64,000 bases of DNA from Spirochaetia bacterium (GCA_965263295.1 OZ253665.1:1472001-1536000), one strand, 5' to 3'; shown: positions 1-10,541, numbered from the stretch's first letter. Numbers and translations are program-made. The notes: generated by a model not told the origin, from the sequence alone.

Positions 1-1091
1 TTTTCAGACAATGCAATTCCCCCAAAATCCCCCAGTAACGCCCCCTTCTTCCGTTGTTGGGTAATATTTTCCTGGTTCTCCATCAGGGCCCAATCCTCAG
101 ATAAGAAACCGAAGTAATTTTGAGATCGTTCGGCATCTTGCCTTTGCCTCACAACTTGGGGAAAGGCAAGCCAATCGACATTAAATTTACTGTTGCGCAT
201 CAAGGGCAACAAATTTTGATTGCTGCCAATGATCAACAAGACCTGGCCATCCAAAAACATTCCTTCAGCATTGTCTTCACTGAGCTTGGCCAGCGAAGGA
301 TCGGGAAATAGCTCCCGAAAGCGACTGTAAAAACCCAGAAGAGCATCGGACATACTCGTCGATTGCCAATATTTTTCGCGTCCCTTGGCAAGACGTCTGA
401 TCCCATAGCGATTTATCCCACCAATTACGACACTGAAAAACAGATCTCCCAGGCTAGAGGGAGAGGCGTCATCTACAACCAGAAAGTTAATACCATGATC
501 CTTCACAATCTGGGCCAAATTTAAGAAATCCTCGTAACTATTCAAGTTGCGAACATTCTCCACTAGCGTGTTATTAATGCTCTCCAATAAATCCATGTTG
601 ACTAGCATGACATTGTCATAATCATAGCGCAGAGGAAAAATTTTCACCGGCTCATATTTGTCAGCCAGGTTGAATGAACTAATATCGTATGTATTCAACC
701 AAGCCGCGTAACGCAAATCCACCAAATTGTCCGAATTCAGTATCGGTGCGTACTGACTATTATACCAAACTGAAAAAATATCGGGCAGCTGATCTGTATT
801 AAACAAAAACTGAACTTTTTCAAAATATTTGACTGTATCGTTGAAGAACTCAAGCTCCAAGTCCGCGTTAGAGAAAATCTCGTTATATTTGCGCAGAAAC
901 TTCTCTTCCTGCTCGTTGTCGGTATATATCAAGGCACTGACTTGATAATTGACGCGATCGTAGCCACACGAATTCAGAAGCAATACCGACAGGACAGCAA
1001 ACCCGATAATAACCGCCAGGCTGACCCTTGCTCTTGCCAAGCGACTGCAGTTTGCCGCTTTACCTCTTACAAGCGCGTTATTATCGACCAT
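1..1091 (-). CDS. Extracellular solute-binding lipoprotein (ABC family-1 SBP-like), partial; runs off the window start
   Basis: Manual translation from ATG at 1091: MVDNN...VSLAVIIGFAVLSVLLLNSC (lipobox-like Cys), then FNTDQLPDIFSV, typical of sugar SBPs. The first ~200 codons and the last ~20 were read and are open. Absent from the ORF track, consistent with the stop lying outside the window. Confidence 0.7.
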   Translation of the reverse strand, partial: MVDNNALVRGKAANCSRLARARVSLAVIIGFAVLSVLLLNSCGYDRVNYQVSALIYTDNEQEEKFLRKYNEIFSNADLELEFFNDTVKYFEKVQFLFNTDQLPDIFSVWYNSQYAPILNSDNLVDLRYAAWLNTYDISSFNLADKYEPVKIFPLRYDYDNVMLVNMDLLESINNTLVENVRNLNSYEDFLNLAQIVKDHGINFLVVDDASPSSLGDLFFSVVIGGINRYGIRRLAKGREKYWQSTSMSDALLGFYSRFRELFPDPSLAKLSEDNAEGMFLDGQVLLIIGSNQNLLPLMRNSKFNVDWLAFPQVVRQRQDAERSQNYFGFLSEDWALMENQENITQQRKKGALLGDFGGIALSE

Positions 1092-1304
1092 GTGCCTGAC
1101 CTTGTGAATTGATATACTTGTCACTTTGCGTTATTTCCATTGCTTCCATCGGCTCCCTCGCCATACCTTGTCGCCCCCTTGTTCTCCGAGCCAATTTGCT
1201 GCAAAATAAGCTGAGTATACGGCCGCTAGCTTAATCGCTTTAGCAAACTATGGCAAACCCAAATACCAGCTTTTATATACCGCATTACTTTCAGGGAAAT
1301 ACTC

Positions 1305-2714
1305 TTGCAAATAGCCCAGATCATACAACAGCTGCGTGACAAGCAACAGTACCGCAGCATGGAATGTTTTCCAGCAGCGGGGGGCCTACTACTGCCTGCG
1401 GCAAGTGAATTGACCAGATCACTGCTAAGTTTCAGCGCCAATGACTATTTAAACCTCTCTCGACATCCCAATGTCCAAGAAGCTGCCATTTACGCGCTGC
1501 GGCACTATGGCTGCAGCGCTGCCTCCTCACGCCTTCTATCCGGCCATCTGGAAGTGCATCGGGAACTGGAAGAACAGTTGGCATTGTGGTCGGGATACTA
1601 CGAAGCCGCGCTATGCTTTGGCAGCGGCTATCTGGCCAACTGCGGCCTTTTGCAAGCCGTAATTGAACCCAATGCCCTAGTCCTATTCGACAAGTTAAAT
1701 CACGCCAGTCTGGTCGATGGCCTACGCCTGGCTCAGGCCACCCAAAGCAGTCTGCGCAGTTTGCGCAGTTTGCAAGGGCAAAGACTAGAATGGCAGCGCT
1801 ACAAACATTGCAACATGCCTGACCTAGAAAATAAATTACAAACTGCCCGAATCAAAGATGCGCGGCGGCCGATCTGGTTGGTCACGGACTCGCTTTTTAG
1901 TATGGACGGCGATATCGCGCCGTTGTGGCAGTTAGCTCAGCTGGCCGAGCGTTACCAGTTTCGTTGGATTATAGACGAGGCCCATGCCGTCGGCATCTAC
2001 GGTCCCACAGGGGCCGGCTTGCACCAAGTTTTAGGAACTCTAGCCCGGATACGGAAATCGCAGCCTCAGCGCCCTCAGGCACAAGGACCAAATGAAGGGC
2101 AGAATGGCGACTTGCGACTGCCAGACTTTGTCACGGCCAACCTGGCTAAAGCCCTGGGCAGCTACGGCGGCTACTGCCTGTGCAGCGCCGAATGGAAGGA
2201 CTATCTGGTTAATTTTTGCCGCAGTCTGATCTATTCCACCGGCTTGCCGCCGGCGAGTGCCGCCGCGGCAATCGCCGCGATTCAAATCGTACGGCGGGAG
2301 AGCCAGAACCCGCCCGGCACAAGGGCGAAGGCGCCACCCCCAATCATGGCTGCCGACTGGCTTTCACAGAGCGCAGCATCCAAGCCGCTCGCTCAAGGCC
2401 TCGGTCGCGAGCTGCTACATCGTAGCTCCAGGTTTTACCGCCAGCTGCAAACCCTCCCCCTCCCCGCCGCAGCCCTGCTACCCTGGCAAAGCCCCATCGT
2501 CCCCGTAATCCTGGGCGAAAATCAACCGACTCTGGCGGCTTCGGCACAATTGCGTGAGCACGGCATCGTAGTCAAAGCGATCCGCAGCCCAACCGTGCCC
2601 GCCGGCAAGGCCCGCCTGCGTTTCTCTCTGAGCCTTGCCCACACCGAGGCCAATTTGCAATATTGCGCCGAACGAATCGCCGAATTCGCACCCGCCATAC
2701 CGCCCAAGCAATAG
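1305..2714 (+). CDS. bioF: 8-amino-7-oxononanoate synthase (PLP class I/II)
   Basis: FSANDYLNL, ASSRLLSGH, GSGYLAN, DKLNHASLVDG, DSLFSMDGD, DEAHAVG, LAKALGSYGGY (PLP Lys), AIRSPTVPAGKARLR. Confidence 0.92.
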   Translation: MQIAQIIQQLRDKQQYRSMECFPAAGGLLLPAASELTRSLLSFSANDYLNLSRHPNVQEAAIYALRHYGCSAASSRLLSGHLEVHRELEEQLALWSGYYEAALCFGSGYLANCGLLQAVIEPNALVLFDKLNHASLVDGLRLAQATQSSLRSLRSLQGQRLEWQRYKHCNMPDLENKLQTARIKDARRPIWLVTDSLFSMDGDIAPLWQLAQLAERYQFRWIIDEAHAVGIYGPTGAGLHQVLGTLARIRKSQPQRPQAQGPNEGQNGDLRLPDFVTANLAKALGSYGGYCLCSAEWKDYLVNFCRSLIYSTGLPPASAAAAIAAIQIVRRESQNPPGTRAKAPPPIMAADWLSQSAASKPLAQGLGRELLHRSSRFYRQLQTLPLPAAALLPWQSPIVPVILGENQPTLAASAQLREHGIVVKAIRSPTVPAGKARLRFSLSLAHTEANLQYCAERIAEFAPAIPPKQ

Positions 2715-2811
2715 GGCCCGTTTGCCCTCACAACCTGGAAAACTTGCTCTCAGCGCGACCGACGCGACCTTGGGCTGAGTTTTGGGGGTGGATTTGGAGT
2801 AACCAGTAAAA

Positions 2812-3723
2812 ATGGAGACTGTTGTTGCATGTATCAGCGGCTGGGGAAGCCGCTGCGAAATTTTTTCTGAATTATTATCCCATTGCCCACAATTGGCAGG
2901 CCGCAGACGTATTGATTTATCGTGGCAAGATTTTGTCGCTATCCCTCAGCCAAGCGAGCGCCGCGCCGCTCTGCGCCAGAGGCTCTTGCAGAAATTAGTG
3001 GAGCCAGCAGCGTCAAAAGAGGGCGGTCGTGAAGAGTATTCAGGCGCTCTCAAACGCCGAGAAGCCGCGGCCATCCTGCTGCAAAAAGATATACTGTTAT
3101 TAGGTTGGTCACTGGGCAGCCTGCTGTGTCTGGAATTAAGCTTGGAATTAAGCTCAATTCCAGACCGGGGAATTCATACAGAGTTTGCCCCGGAGCTTGG
3201 ACAAACGCCGGGCCACTTGGGCCTGATACTTTTGAGCCCGACCGCCGCCATGTGCGGCACAATGTGCCGCACATGGCGCGCAGGGTCCCCATATCCCGGA
3301 GTTCCGCCTGTGGCCCTAAAGCTGATGCAACGCGGAATCAATCAGCCACAAAACAATGTATTACAAGATTTTGCCAAAAACTGCCGGGCTCCCGGCCAAA
3401 CAGAAGGCGCATTCGTCGCCAAATATACCGAGCAGGCCCAATCCTTTAGCCCCGAAGAACTCAAACTAGGGCTGGATTATCTCTTGAACTGCGACTTGCG
3501 CGCAGAATTACAGCAAAAAAATTTTCCCTATGACGCACTGCTCTTCAGTGGCCGCAGTGATGCGATTGTCCCCAGCGCACAGAGCGCAGTTCTGGCTCAT
3601 CTGTTATTTGGTGAACCCACAGGATCTAGGCAATTACAGCTGCTGAATGGCGGCCACAATCTACTGTGTCCCCCTAGTGCCGAGCTGCTCGGCAAACTTG
3701 ACGATTATTTCAACCGGCGTTAG
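2812..3723 (+). CDS. bioH: BioH-like alpha/beta hydrolase (putative pimeloyl-ACP methyl ester esterase)
   Basis: SGWG oxyanion segment, GWSLG nucleophile elbow, D-L-R, G-x-x-D-x-IVP, GGH; directly downstream of bioF. Confidence 0.65.
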   Translation: METVVACISGWGSRCEIFSELLSHCPQLAGRRRIDLSWQDFVAIPQPSERRAALRQRLLQKLVEPAASKEGGREEYSGALKRREAAAILLQKDILLLGWSLGSLLCLELSLELSSIPDRGIHTEFAPELGQTPGHLGLILLSPTAAMCGTMCRTWRAGSPYPGVPPVALKLMQRGINQPQNNVLQDFAKNCRAPGQTEGAFVAKYTEQAQSFSPEELKLGLDYLLNCDLRAELQQKNFPYDALLFSGRSDAIVPSAQSAVLAHLLFGEPTGSRQLQLLNGGHNLLCPPSAELLGKLDDYFNRR

Positions 3724-3930
3724 CCAGCCCGGTCTAATCGTCTTTGAGCCGATTGAAACTACGGTAAAAGCTTTAAATATGGCCAAATGAAACTAATACA
3801 GCCTCAAGCAGCAGTATCTGAGAGCAACTGATAAATGCATAGAAAAATTTAAAGCTTGCCCCGCCTAGGCAGCCCTCGCCTGCGCCTAGTTTGTATCCAG
3901 TCTGGCGCCACTCAACGGACAGGCGATTTA

Positions 3931-5010
3931 TCAGCGAGAATATACGGCATGGAGCTCATAAGCTGGTCTCTCGTAAGGATGTTCGCGCTGCAAGGCAGCC
4001 AAGACATGGCCCAGGCAACTGGCAGGGCAGAGCAGTTCCAGCTTGTACTCGGGCAGTCGGCAGAGCTCGTAAGGCCGCCCAATCACCGGCATGCTGGCTT
4101 CCTGCGGCAAGAACTGTCCCAGCCCTTCACTCTGCCAGCTACAGTTGCGATACGTTCCCAATTCGCCGGCCCCCGCCGCAAATAGAGCCTGCTTGAGTTT
4201 CTCCAAACTTTCGCCCTGGGATTCGGGCTGCTTTGGCACAAAAACCACCAATTTCCATTGCTGTTCACTCAAAGCTTGTTCGCACAGGGCTTGCTCCCCG
4301 CCCCCACTTTTGTCTTGGGCACCCAGGCTCGCGTTTTGACTTGCCATCCCAGCTGACGCCATTTTCGTCTTCTCCGTCTGGCTGCCCGTATCTGCGGCCG
4401 TTTTTTTATCCAGGTTTTTATCCATGATTTTATTTATGGCTTCAGCTACCTTCTCTTCTATGGACGGAACTTCAGGCGTGACTATCGCTGCCTGTAGAGG
4501 AACCAGATCCCTGCGGTAACGCTGTGCCAGCTCGCAATAAACCCGGGCGTTGGTCAGAATATTCTGCCGCCCTGTGGAGCTTAAATCTTTGTGACGCCTG
4601 GCCGGAAATCCGAGGATAAACGAGTGCGGTGGAAACTTAGAGCCCGGCGGCAGCAGCGCTCCCGCAGCCACAAGGCTGCCCTCGCCCACCTCACAACCGT
4701 CTAACAACGTGGCCCCCATCCCGATCAGACAATCATCGGCAATCTTGCAACCGTGCAAGGTCACGCCGTGGCCAATAGTCACATTTTCGCCAATGTAGAG
4801 TGGCATACCATAATTTGTGTGCAGAGAACTGTTTTCCTGGACATTGCTGGCCTTGCCCACGACAATCTCTTCAATATCCCCGCGCAGCACAGCGCCCATC
4901 CAAACCGAGGCCCCGGCCATGACCCGCACCCGGCCGATCACCTGGGCCGAATCGGCAATATAGCAATCTGCAGCCAGCCGCGGCTGCTCGTTTCCCAAAC
5001 GATAAATCAT
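3931..5010 (-). CDS. Gamma-carbonic anhydrase family protein fused to a C-terminal YqfO/NIF3-type PII-like domain
   Basis: N-terminal hexapeptide repeats with LRGD, NVQE and three His (SLH, IGH, LHGC). Low-complexity linker. C-terminal KLVVFVP...ALFAAGAG.LG.Y..CS....G.GQF.P...HPYERPAY. Confidence 0.85.
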   Translation of the reverse strand: MIYRLGNEQPRLAADCYIADSAQVIGRVRVMAGASVWMGAVLRGDIEEIVVGKASNVQENSSLHTNYGMPLYIGENVTIGHGVTLHGCKIADDCLIGMGATLLDGCEVGEGSLVAAGALLPPGSKFPPHSFILGFPARRHKDLSSTGRQNILTNARVYCELAQRYRRDLVPLQAAIVTPEVPSIEEKVAEAINKIMDKNLDKKTAADTGSQTEKTKMASAGMASQNASLGAQDKSGGGEQALCEQALSEQQWKLVVFVPKQPESQGESLEKLKQALFAAGAGELGTYRNCSWQSEGLGQFLPQEASMPVIGRPYELCRLPEYKLELLCPASCLGHVLAALQREHPYERPAYELHAVYSR

Positions 5011-5087
5011 ATCTCCAGCTCCTTCAATCTTCCACCTGATTCAGCCGGGCCCGGCGGAATCAGGTTGAGGGCATTGATAACATCCAG

Positions 5088-5534
5088 TCATATCTTGGTC
5101 GCGGTCATGCGTTCCCAGCTGGCTACCTTTCCATCGACAATCAAGAACAAGGGGTGCGGCTCTATATCTTGCAGATCCTTGAGCTCTTGCAAAAGTTTGT
5201 TGTCCCTGTTGGCTATTTTACTCAAAAAATGCTGCCATTCATAGTCGACTTGCCCCGAACTTACCTCAATGGGGGCAATGGCCTTTTTATCTGCAACGAT
5301 TTTTGAACGTTGAAATTTATAAGTGCGCCTGTCCGCTTCATCACAGACGGCATGAAGGTAGTTACAGATAGCCTGAGGAGGGCATCCCTGCTCTTTAAAT
5401 CGTAGCAGCTGCGGATGATTTCTGTAGCCTTTGGTTTTGCCAAGCAGTACGCTTTGCGCGAGCAAAGTTTCGCGCCACAAGGCAATTAAGCCCTTGGTAT
5501 CCAGATACTGCGGATGAATGCTCCAAATACGCAT
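5088..5534 (-). CDS. Pyrimidine dimer DNA glycosylase / T4 endonuclease V family protein
   Basis: MRIWSIHPQYLDTKGLIALWRETLLAQ...GYRNHPQLLRF...EADRRTYKF. Start placed at ATG 5534 to match the family N-terminus. Confidence 0.85.
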   Translation of the reverse strand: MRIWSIHPQYLDTKGLIALWRETLLAQSVLLGKTKGYRNHPQLLRFKEQGCPPQAICNYLHAVCDEADRRTYKFQRSKIVADKKAIAPIEVSSGQVDYEWQHFLSKIANRDNKLLQELKDLQDIEPHPLFLIVDGKVASWERMTATKI

Positions 5535-5680
5535 ACGCCCATTATACCCCAGAAAACCTATGAATGTAAATAGTTTTTGCCAGACCAGAAACAATCGACA
5601 GTCTTCATTTTTACGATGCGGTGGTGTGGAACTTGAAGAATGCCTTTCACGCCATTTTCGGAGTGGAGCAGTAACCAGGG

Positions 5681-6145
5681 GTGAAGAAGAAATGGATTGA
5701 GGGCGATTTTCCTATTGATTGCACGGACGATGTGCGCGGGATTTATTGGCAGGGCAGAGCTGATCGTATCATGGTATTCAACAAAACAATTCCATTTATA
5801 AAAAAGAACATTTATATTTTTCTGTTGGCATCAAATAAAGAAAACGCAACTTCGGACATCAAAACGCCAAGCAAATATATTGCGCTCGATGAGCTTAAAG
5901 GAGGTATTGATCCTGCTGGCGCAGATGAGCAATGGAAAACTGCGCGAACGACTATTGAGAGGATTCTCAAAAGCTTTTCTACCGAAGATTCCTCTGTGAA
6001 AACTTTTTTTGTGGGGGCTGCGATTGAAAAAGCCATGTCTGAAGAAATTGGGAACTGGCTGCAAAACGGTAAGCTCAGCAACGCCGGGGACCTCACAAAT
6101 AAGGACCATGTGGCGTCTATTTGTAATTGGCTTGCGGGAATTTAA
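5681..6145 (+). pseudogene. C-terminal remnant of an AvaI/BsoBI-family type II restriction endonuclease
   Basis: ELKGGIDPAGADEQWKTA and TFFVGAAIEKAMSEEI match the family core (ELKGGIDPAGADEHWKTA). In-frame TAA just upstream, N-terminal half absent, catalytic positions altered. Confidence 0.75.
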
Positions 6146-6398
6146 AAACTAAACCACCATTTGGATCTATACGATCTTCAACGAACTTTCCGGCCGTCGC
6201 TCCTGTCCATGTTTCTGTACTTTTTGCGCTTGCTCGCCGCGGAAAGGCATTGGGTTTGTTCCCGCTCGCAAGCAAGTGGGCGGAGCATCAAGCCTTTTGA
6301 AGCCTTCTCGAGCTTCTTGTGTAAAAGCTCTAATATTCCCTAGCTTAACCGAATATCAGCCCAATATCACCAAAATTTGGATTTTGGCACAAATTTTT

Positions 6399-6428
6399 TT
6401 GACAATTGGCCCAAGACTCTTGTAATAT
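6399..6428 (+). promoter_or_regulatory. Putative sigma70 promoter for the uxuA operon
   Basis: TTGACA-N18-TAATAT. Confidence 0.45.
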
Positions 6429-6596
6429 TACTCAAGCCTTTGAAAAACGAACTAGGCATTTTCGATGGAATTCACGCATTCGTTGTCCAATGAGACTGCG
6501 GAGCCGCGGAGATACGGATCAATGCAGCTAACAATCTCGCTGCCCATGGCCGAGTCGCGCTGGCTCTTGGTATTCCGCGACGTAGGGGGTCGCAAA

Positions 6597-7796
6597 ATGA
6601 TTGAAAGTTGGCGTTGGTACGGCCCCAGCGACAAGGTAACGCCAGACGACATCGCGCAGGCCGGCGCCAGGCATGTTGTGACGGCCTTGCACCATGTGCC
6701 CAATGGCGAAGTATGGACGTTGGAAGAAATCGAAAAACGCCAGCGGATGCTTGCGGCCAAAGGGCTGCTGTGGTCTGTTGTCGAAAGTCTGCCGGTACAT
6801 GAGGACATCAAGACCCGCACCGGGGGCTATCGCGGCTATATCGACAACTATTGCCAGAGTCTGCGGAACCTGGCGGCCCGTGGCATTGCGCTCGTCTGTT
6901 ATAATTTCATGCCGGTACTGGACTGGACGCGCACGAATCTTGAGTATGTTTTGCCGAATGGCGCCAAGGCGCTGCGCTTTGATCAGATAGATCTGGCTGC
7001 GTTTGATCTGCACATTCTGCAGCGCGAGCACGCTGCCGGCAACTACAGCGCGCGAGAAATAGCGCTGGCGGCACAGCGTCATGCCGCCATGGGCGAAGAG
7101 GAACGAGAGAGACTGACGGGCAATATTCTGATGGGGCTGCCCGGCGCGCAAGAACATTACACGCTGGAAGAGTTTCGCGCGCACTTGGGCCGATACGACG
7201 GGTTGGATGCGGCGGCTTTGCGCCAGAATTTGTCGGCGTTCTTGCAAGCCATTATTCCGACGGCGGAAACGGCAGGCGTTCGGATGGCGATTCATCCAGA
7301 TGATCCGCCGCGTCCGATTTTGGGCTTGCCGCGGGTGATGTCGACACAGAGAGACATGGACGCATTGCGGGAAGCGCTTCCCAGCCGATCAAATGGCTTT
7401 ACCTTTTGCACGGGATCGTACGGCGTGCGCGCCGACAACGCGTTGCCGGAGATGTTTGCCAAGCATGCCGACAGAATTTATTTCGCCCATTTTCGTTCCA
7501 CGCGGCGCGATCGGGAAAATCCTCACAGTTTTACCGAAGCCGAGCACCTAGGGGGTGACGTCGACATGTACGCCATGATGAAAAGCCTGCTGACCGAGGA
7601 GCGGCGACGCGGGGAGGACATTCCGGTGCGCCCCGACCATGGGCATCAGATACTGGACGATTTGGACAAGACGCAGAGCAATCCCGGTTATACGGCGATT
7701 GGTCGCTTGAAAGGCTTAGCGGAACTGCGCGGTCTCGCACTGGGTATTCAGAGGTCTTGCCCGGCTTTGCGTCCGCGGTCGGAAGGAAAGCCTTGA
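6597..7796 (+). CDS. uxuA: Mannonate dehydratase
   Basis: [78 protein letters not shown]. Confidence 0.95.
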   Translation: MIESWRWYGPSDKVTPDDIAQAGARHVVTALHHVPNGEVWTLEEIEKRQRMLAAKGLLWSVVESLPVHEDIKTRTGGYRGYIDNYCQSLRNLAARGIALVCYNFMPVLDWTRTNLEYVLPNGAKALRFDQIDLAAFDLHILQREHAAGNYSAREIALAAQRHAAMGEEERERLTGNILMGLPGAQEHYTLEEFRAHLGRYDGLDAAALRQNLSAFLQAIIPTAETAGVRMAIHPDDPPRPILGLPRVMSTQRDMDALREALPSRSNGFTFCTGSYGVRADNALPEMFAKHADRIYFAHFRSTRRDRENPHSFTEAEHLGGDVDMYAMMKSLLTEERRRGEDIPVRPDHGHQILDDLDKTQSNPGYTAIGRLKGLAELRGLALGIQRSCPALRPRSEGKP

Positions 7797-9460
7797 TGCG
7801 ACTGAGCTTGGAATCCCTGGAATCCCTGGAATCTCTGCAAGATGTTTCTTTTTGGCAGAGGCACGGCTATCAGCTGCCACAGTTCAATGTGCGCGAAATG
7901 GCGATCCGGACGAAAAGAGAGCCCGTCTGGTTGCATTTCGGTGCCGGCAACCTTTTTCGCGCGCTCATCGCCAATCTTTCGCAGCGACTGCTGAATCAGG
8001 GCGATGCGCTGCAGGGGATTATCGCAGTCGGCGGCTCGAACAATAAGGTCATAGACGATATCTATCGGCGCCACGACAATCTGGGGATTTTCGTGCGTCT
8101 GCATGCCGATACTTCGCGGGAGAAAATCGTGCTTGGCAGTATTGCCGAGTCCTTGTGCATGTTCGACACGGCGGGAGAGGATCTGCGGCGCTTGCAAGCT
8201 ATCGTCAGCCATCCCGGATTGCAGATGATCAGCCTGACAATCACCGAAAAGGCGTATCAGCTGCAGGATTCCGCGGGTGCGTATCTGCCTGCGGTGGAAG
8301 AAGATTTTTCATCCGGCCCGCAAAAAACGCGCAGCTATCTCGGTCGACTGGCCAGTCTGTTGCACTGCCGTTGTCGCAATCAGGCGCCGCCGCTCGCCGT
8401 CGTCAGCATGGATAACATGGCTCGCAACGGCGAGGTACTTGAAAACGCCATGTTGACCTTCGCCGAACGCTGGGAGGAGAATGGCCATGTGGAAACGGCT
8501 TTCCGCCGCTATCTGCGAAGCGACAGGGTTTCTTTCCCCTGGTCGATGGTCGATAAAATCACACCGCGACCCGATGAAAAAATCGCGCAGATTCTAAGCC
8601 GCGACGGGCTGGAAGGAATGACGCCGCGTAGCTTGGGAGGAGAGACTTCGGGAAGAAATTCTTTGGCGGCGCCTTTTGTCAATGCCGAAGAGCTTGAGTA
8701 CCTGGTAATTGAAGACGCCTTTCCGAACGGCCGGCCGGCACTTGAAAGAGCCGGCGCCATGCTGGCGCCGCGCGAAACGGTGAAACGGGCCGAAACGATG
8801 AAAGTAACGACATGCCTCAATCCCGTGCATACGGGATTGGCGGTGTTTGGTTGCCTGCTCGATTTTTCTTTTATACACGAGGAAATACGCGACGCGGATC
8901 TCAGGCGACTGGCGCACCGGATCGCGTATCGGGAAGGATTGCCGGTAGCCATTGATCCGGGCATCTTGGACCCGCGAACCTTTGTCGACGAATTACTCAA
9001 TGTTCGTCTTCCCAATCCGTATATTCCGGATACGCCGCAACGCATCGCCGCCGACACCTCACAAAAACTGGCGATTCGTTTCGGTTGGACCATCAAGTCC
9101 TATTGCCGCTCCGAGCACCTTGCGCTTGACGATTTAGTTGCCATCCCGCTGGTATTCGCCGCTTGGTGCCGCTATCTGCTCGGTGTCGATGACGAGGGGA
9201 AATCGTTTACCTGTAGTCCCGATCCCAAGCTGGAATCGCTGCAACGATTGCTCTCCGGCGTGCGCGTTGGTAAAACGGACGGCAGTATTAAACCTTTACA
9301 CAGCATTCTGGCGGATCGGGAGATTTTTGGCGTCGATCTTTACGCCGTGGGCCTCGGTGACAGAGTTGAACGCTATTTTGCGCAAATGATTGCGGGGAAA
9401 GGGGCGGTGCGAGCCACCTTGAGGAAATATCTGCCCGATCGCGACGACGCGGACACATGA
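7796..9460 (+). CDS. uxuB: Mannitol dehydrogenase family protein (D-mannonate oxidoreductase-like)
   Basis: WLHFGAGNLFRA, SLTITEK, SMDN, FPWSMVDKITPRP, KVTTCLNP, DTPQRIAADTSQKL; ATG overlaps the uxuA TGA. Confidence 0.85.
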   Translation: MRLSLESLESLESLQDVSFWQRHGYQLPQFNVREMAIRTKREPVWLHFGAGNLFRALIANLSQRLLNQGDALQGIIAVGGSNNKVIDDIYRRHDNLGIFVRLHADTSREKIVLGSIAESLCMFDTAGEDLRRLQAIVSHPGLQMISLTITEKAYQLQDSAGAYLPAVEEDFSSGPQKTRSYLGRLASLLHCRCRNQAPPLAVVSMDNMARNGEVLENAMLTFAERWEENGHVETAFRRYLRSDRVSFPWSMVDKITPRPDEKIAQILSRDGLEGMTPRSLGGETSGRNSLAAPFVNAEELEYLVIEDAFPNGRPALERAGAMLAPRETVKRAETMKVTTCLNPVHTGLAVFGCLLDFSFIHEEIRDADLRRLAHRIAYREGLPVAIDPGILDPRTFVDELLNVRLPNPYIPDTPQRIAADTSQKLAIRFGWTIKSYCRSEHLALDDLVAIPLVFAAWCRYLLGVDDEGKSFTCSPDPKLESLQRLLSGVRVGKTDGSIKPLHSILADREIFGVDLYAVGLGDRVERYFAQMIAGKGAVRATLRKYLPDRDDADT

Positions 9461-9557
9461 AAGCGGCACGCCATGTCTGCTTTGCCCGTTTTTTGGGCAA
9501 GGAAGCAGCACGGCGTGGAAATTGCAATAATTATAAAGTTTGAAAACTTACGAGGAT

Positions 9558-10541
9558 ATGAAGATGAGCATGAGGAGAATATTTCTTACTATTATTATGG
9601 CAACTCTTTTGCCTGCATTTACCCATTCAATGGCCTATTCAATGACATTGAAAATAGCTGATAACCACAGCGCAAAAGATTCTACAGTTAAAGCGCTGGA
9701 GCATTTTGCCCAAGATATCAAAGATAAAAGCGATGGCAAAATAAAAGCAAAAGTCTTTTCCAGTGGAGTCTTAGGGGATGAGCGGGAAGTCTTACAGCAA
9801 GTCTCAAAGGGAATCATTGACATCGCCAGGGTTTCAACCGCCAATCTAAGCCATTTCCAACCCAAGTTTCGGGTGCTGTCAATGCCCTATTTGTTCCGTG
9901 ATATGCAACATTTTAAAAATTTTGCACAAAGTGAAGTAGCGAAAAGTCTGTTAGATTCGACAACTAAAGATGATATTATTTGTGTCACATTTTACACCAA
10001 TGGGTTTCGTTCTTTTTATACAAAAGATACGGCCATATATAAACCTGCGGATCTTAGCGGTTTGAAAATAAGGGTCATGGGAGATCCAGTCGCTATTGAA
10101 ATGGTGGACAGATTAGGGGGTAAGGCGACTCCAATGGCACTCTCGGAGGTGTTTTCAGCCATCCAACAAGGTGTCATAGATGGGGCTGAAAGCGCAGTCA
10201 CCGTACTGACAATTGGCTCACATGGGGAGATTGCAAAAAAGTTTTCTTTCGATGAGCACTCTCTTTTGCCGGATATTGTATGTATAAGTAAAAAGAAGCT
10301 TCGACAATTAAAGGATTATGAACAGGAAATGATTCTCAACCGGTTAAGGGAGTCTTGGGATTATCAGGACAAGTTATACAATGAAGATATCAAAAAGGCC
10401 TATGAAACGGCAAAAGATAAGATGGGAGTCGATTTTAACCAAGTGGATAAGCAACCGTTCATTGAGCTAGTTGAACCCATGTATGATTCGCTTCCGAACG
10501 ATGAGAAAAAACTGGCGACAGAAATCCGATCCATCCAATAA
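9558..10541 (+). CDS. dctP: TRAP transporter substrate-binding protein (DctP family)
   Basis: Signal peptide, LG-D-E, PYLFRD, DLSGLKIRV, EVFSAIQQGVIDGAE; GAGGA before ATG 9558. Confidence 0.9.
   Translation: MKMSMRRIFLTIIMATLLPAFTHSMAYSMTLKIADNHSAKDSTVKALEHFAQDIKDKSDGKIKAKVFSSGVLGDEREVLQQVSKGIIDIARVSTANLSHFQPKFRVLSMPYLFRDMQHFKNFAQSEVAKSLLDSTTKDDIICVTFYTNGFRSFYTKDTAIYKPADLSGLKIRVMGDPVAIEMVDRLGGKATPMALSEVFSAIQQGVIDGAESAVTVLTIGSHGEIAKKFSFDEHSLLPDIVCISKKKLRQLKDYEQEMILNRLRESWDYQDKLYNEDIKKAYETAKDKMGVDFNQVDKQPFIELVEPMYDSLPNDEKKLATEIRSIQ

Noticed and set aside
3768..3857. 11-bp inverted repeat AAGCTTTAAAT/ATTTAAAGCTT, possible MITE
   Set aside because: AT-rich, single occurrence, no clear target duplication
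6168..6345. Minus-strand peptide EGFKRLDAPPTCLRAGTNPMPF, faintly like a pyruvate dehydrogenase E1-beta C-terminus
   Set aside because: Too short, no start or further similarity; may be chance
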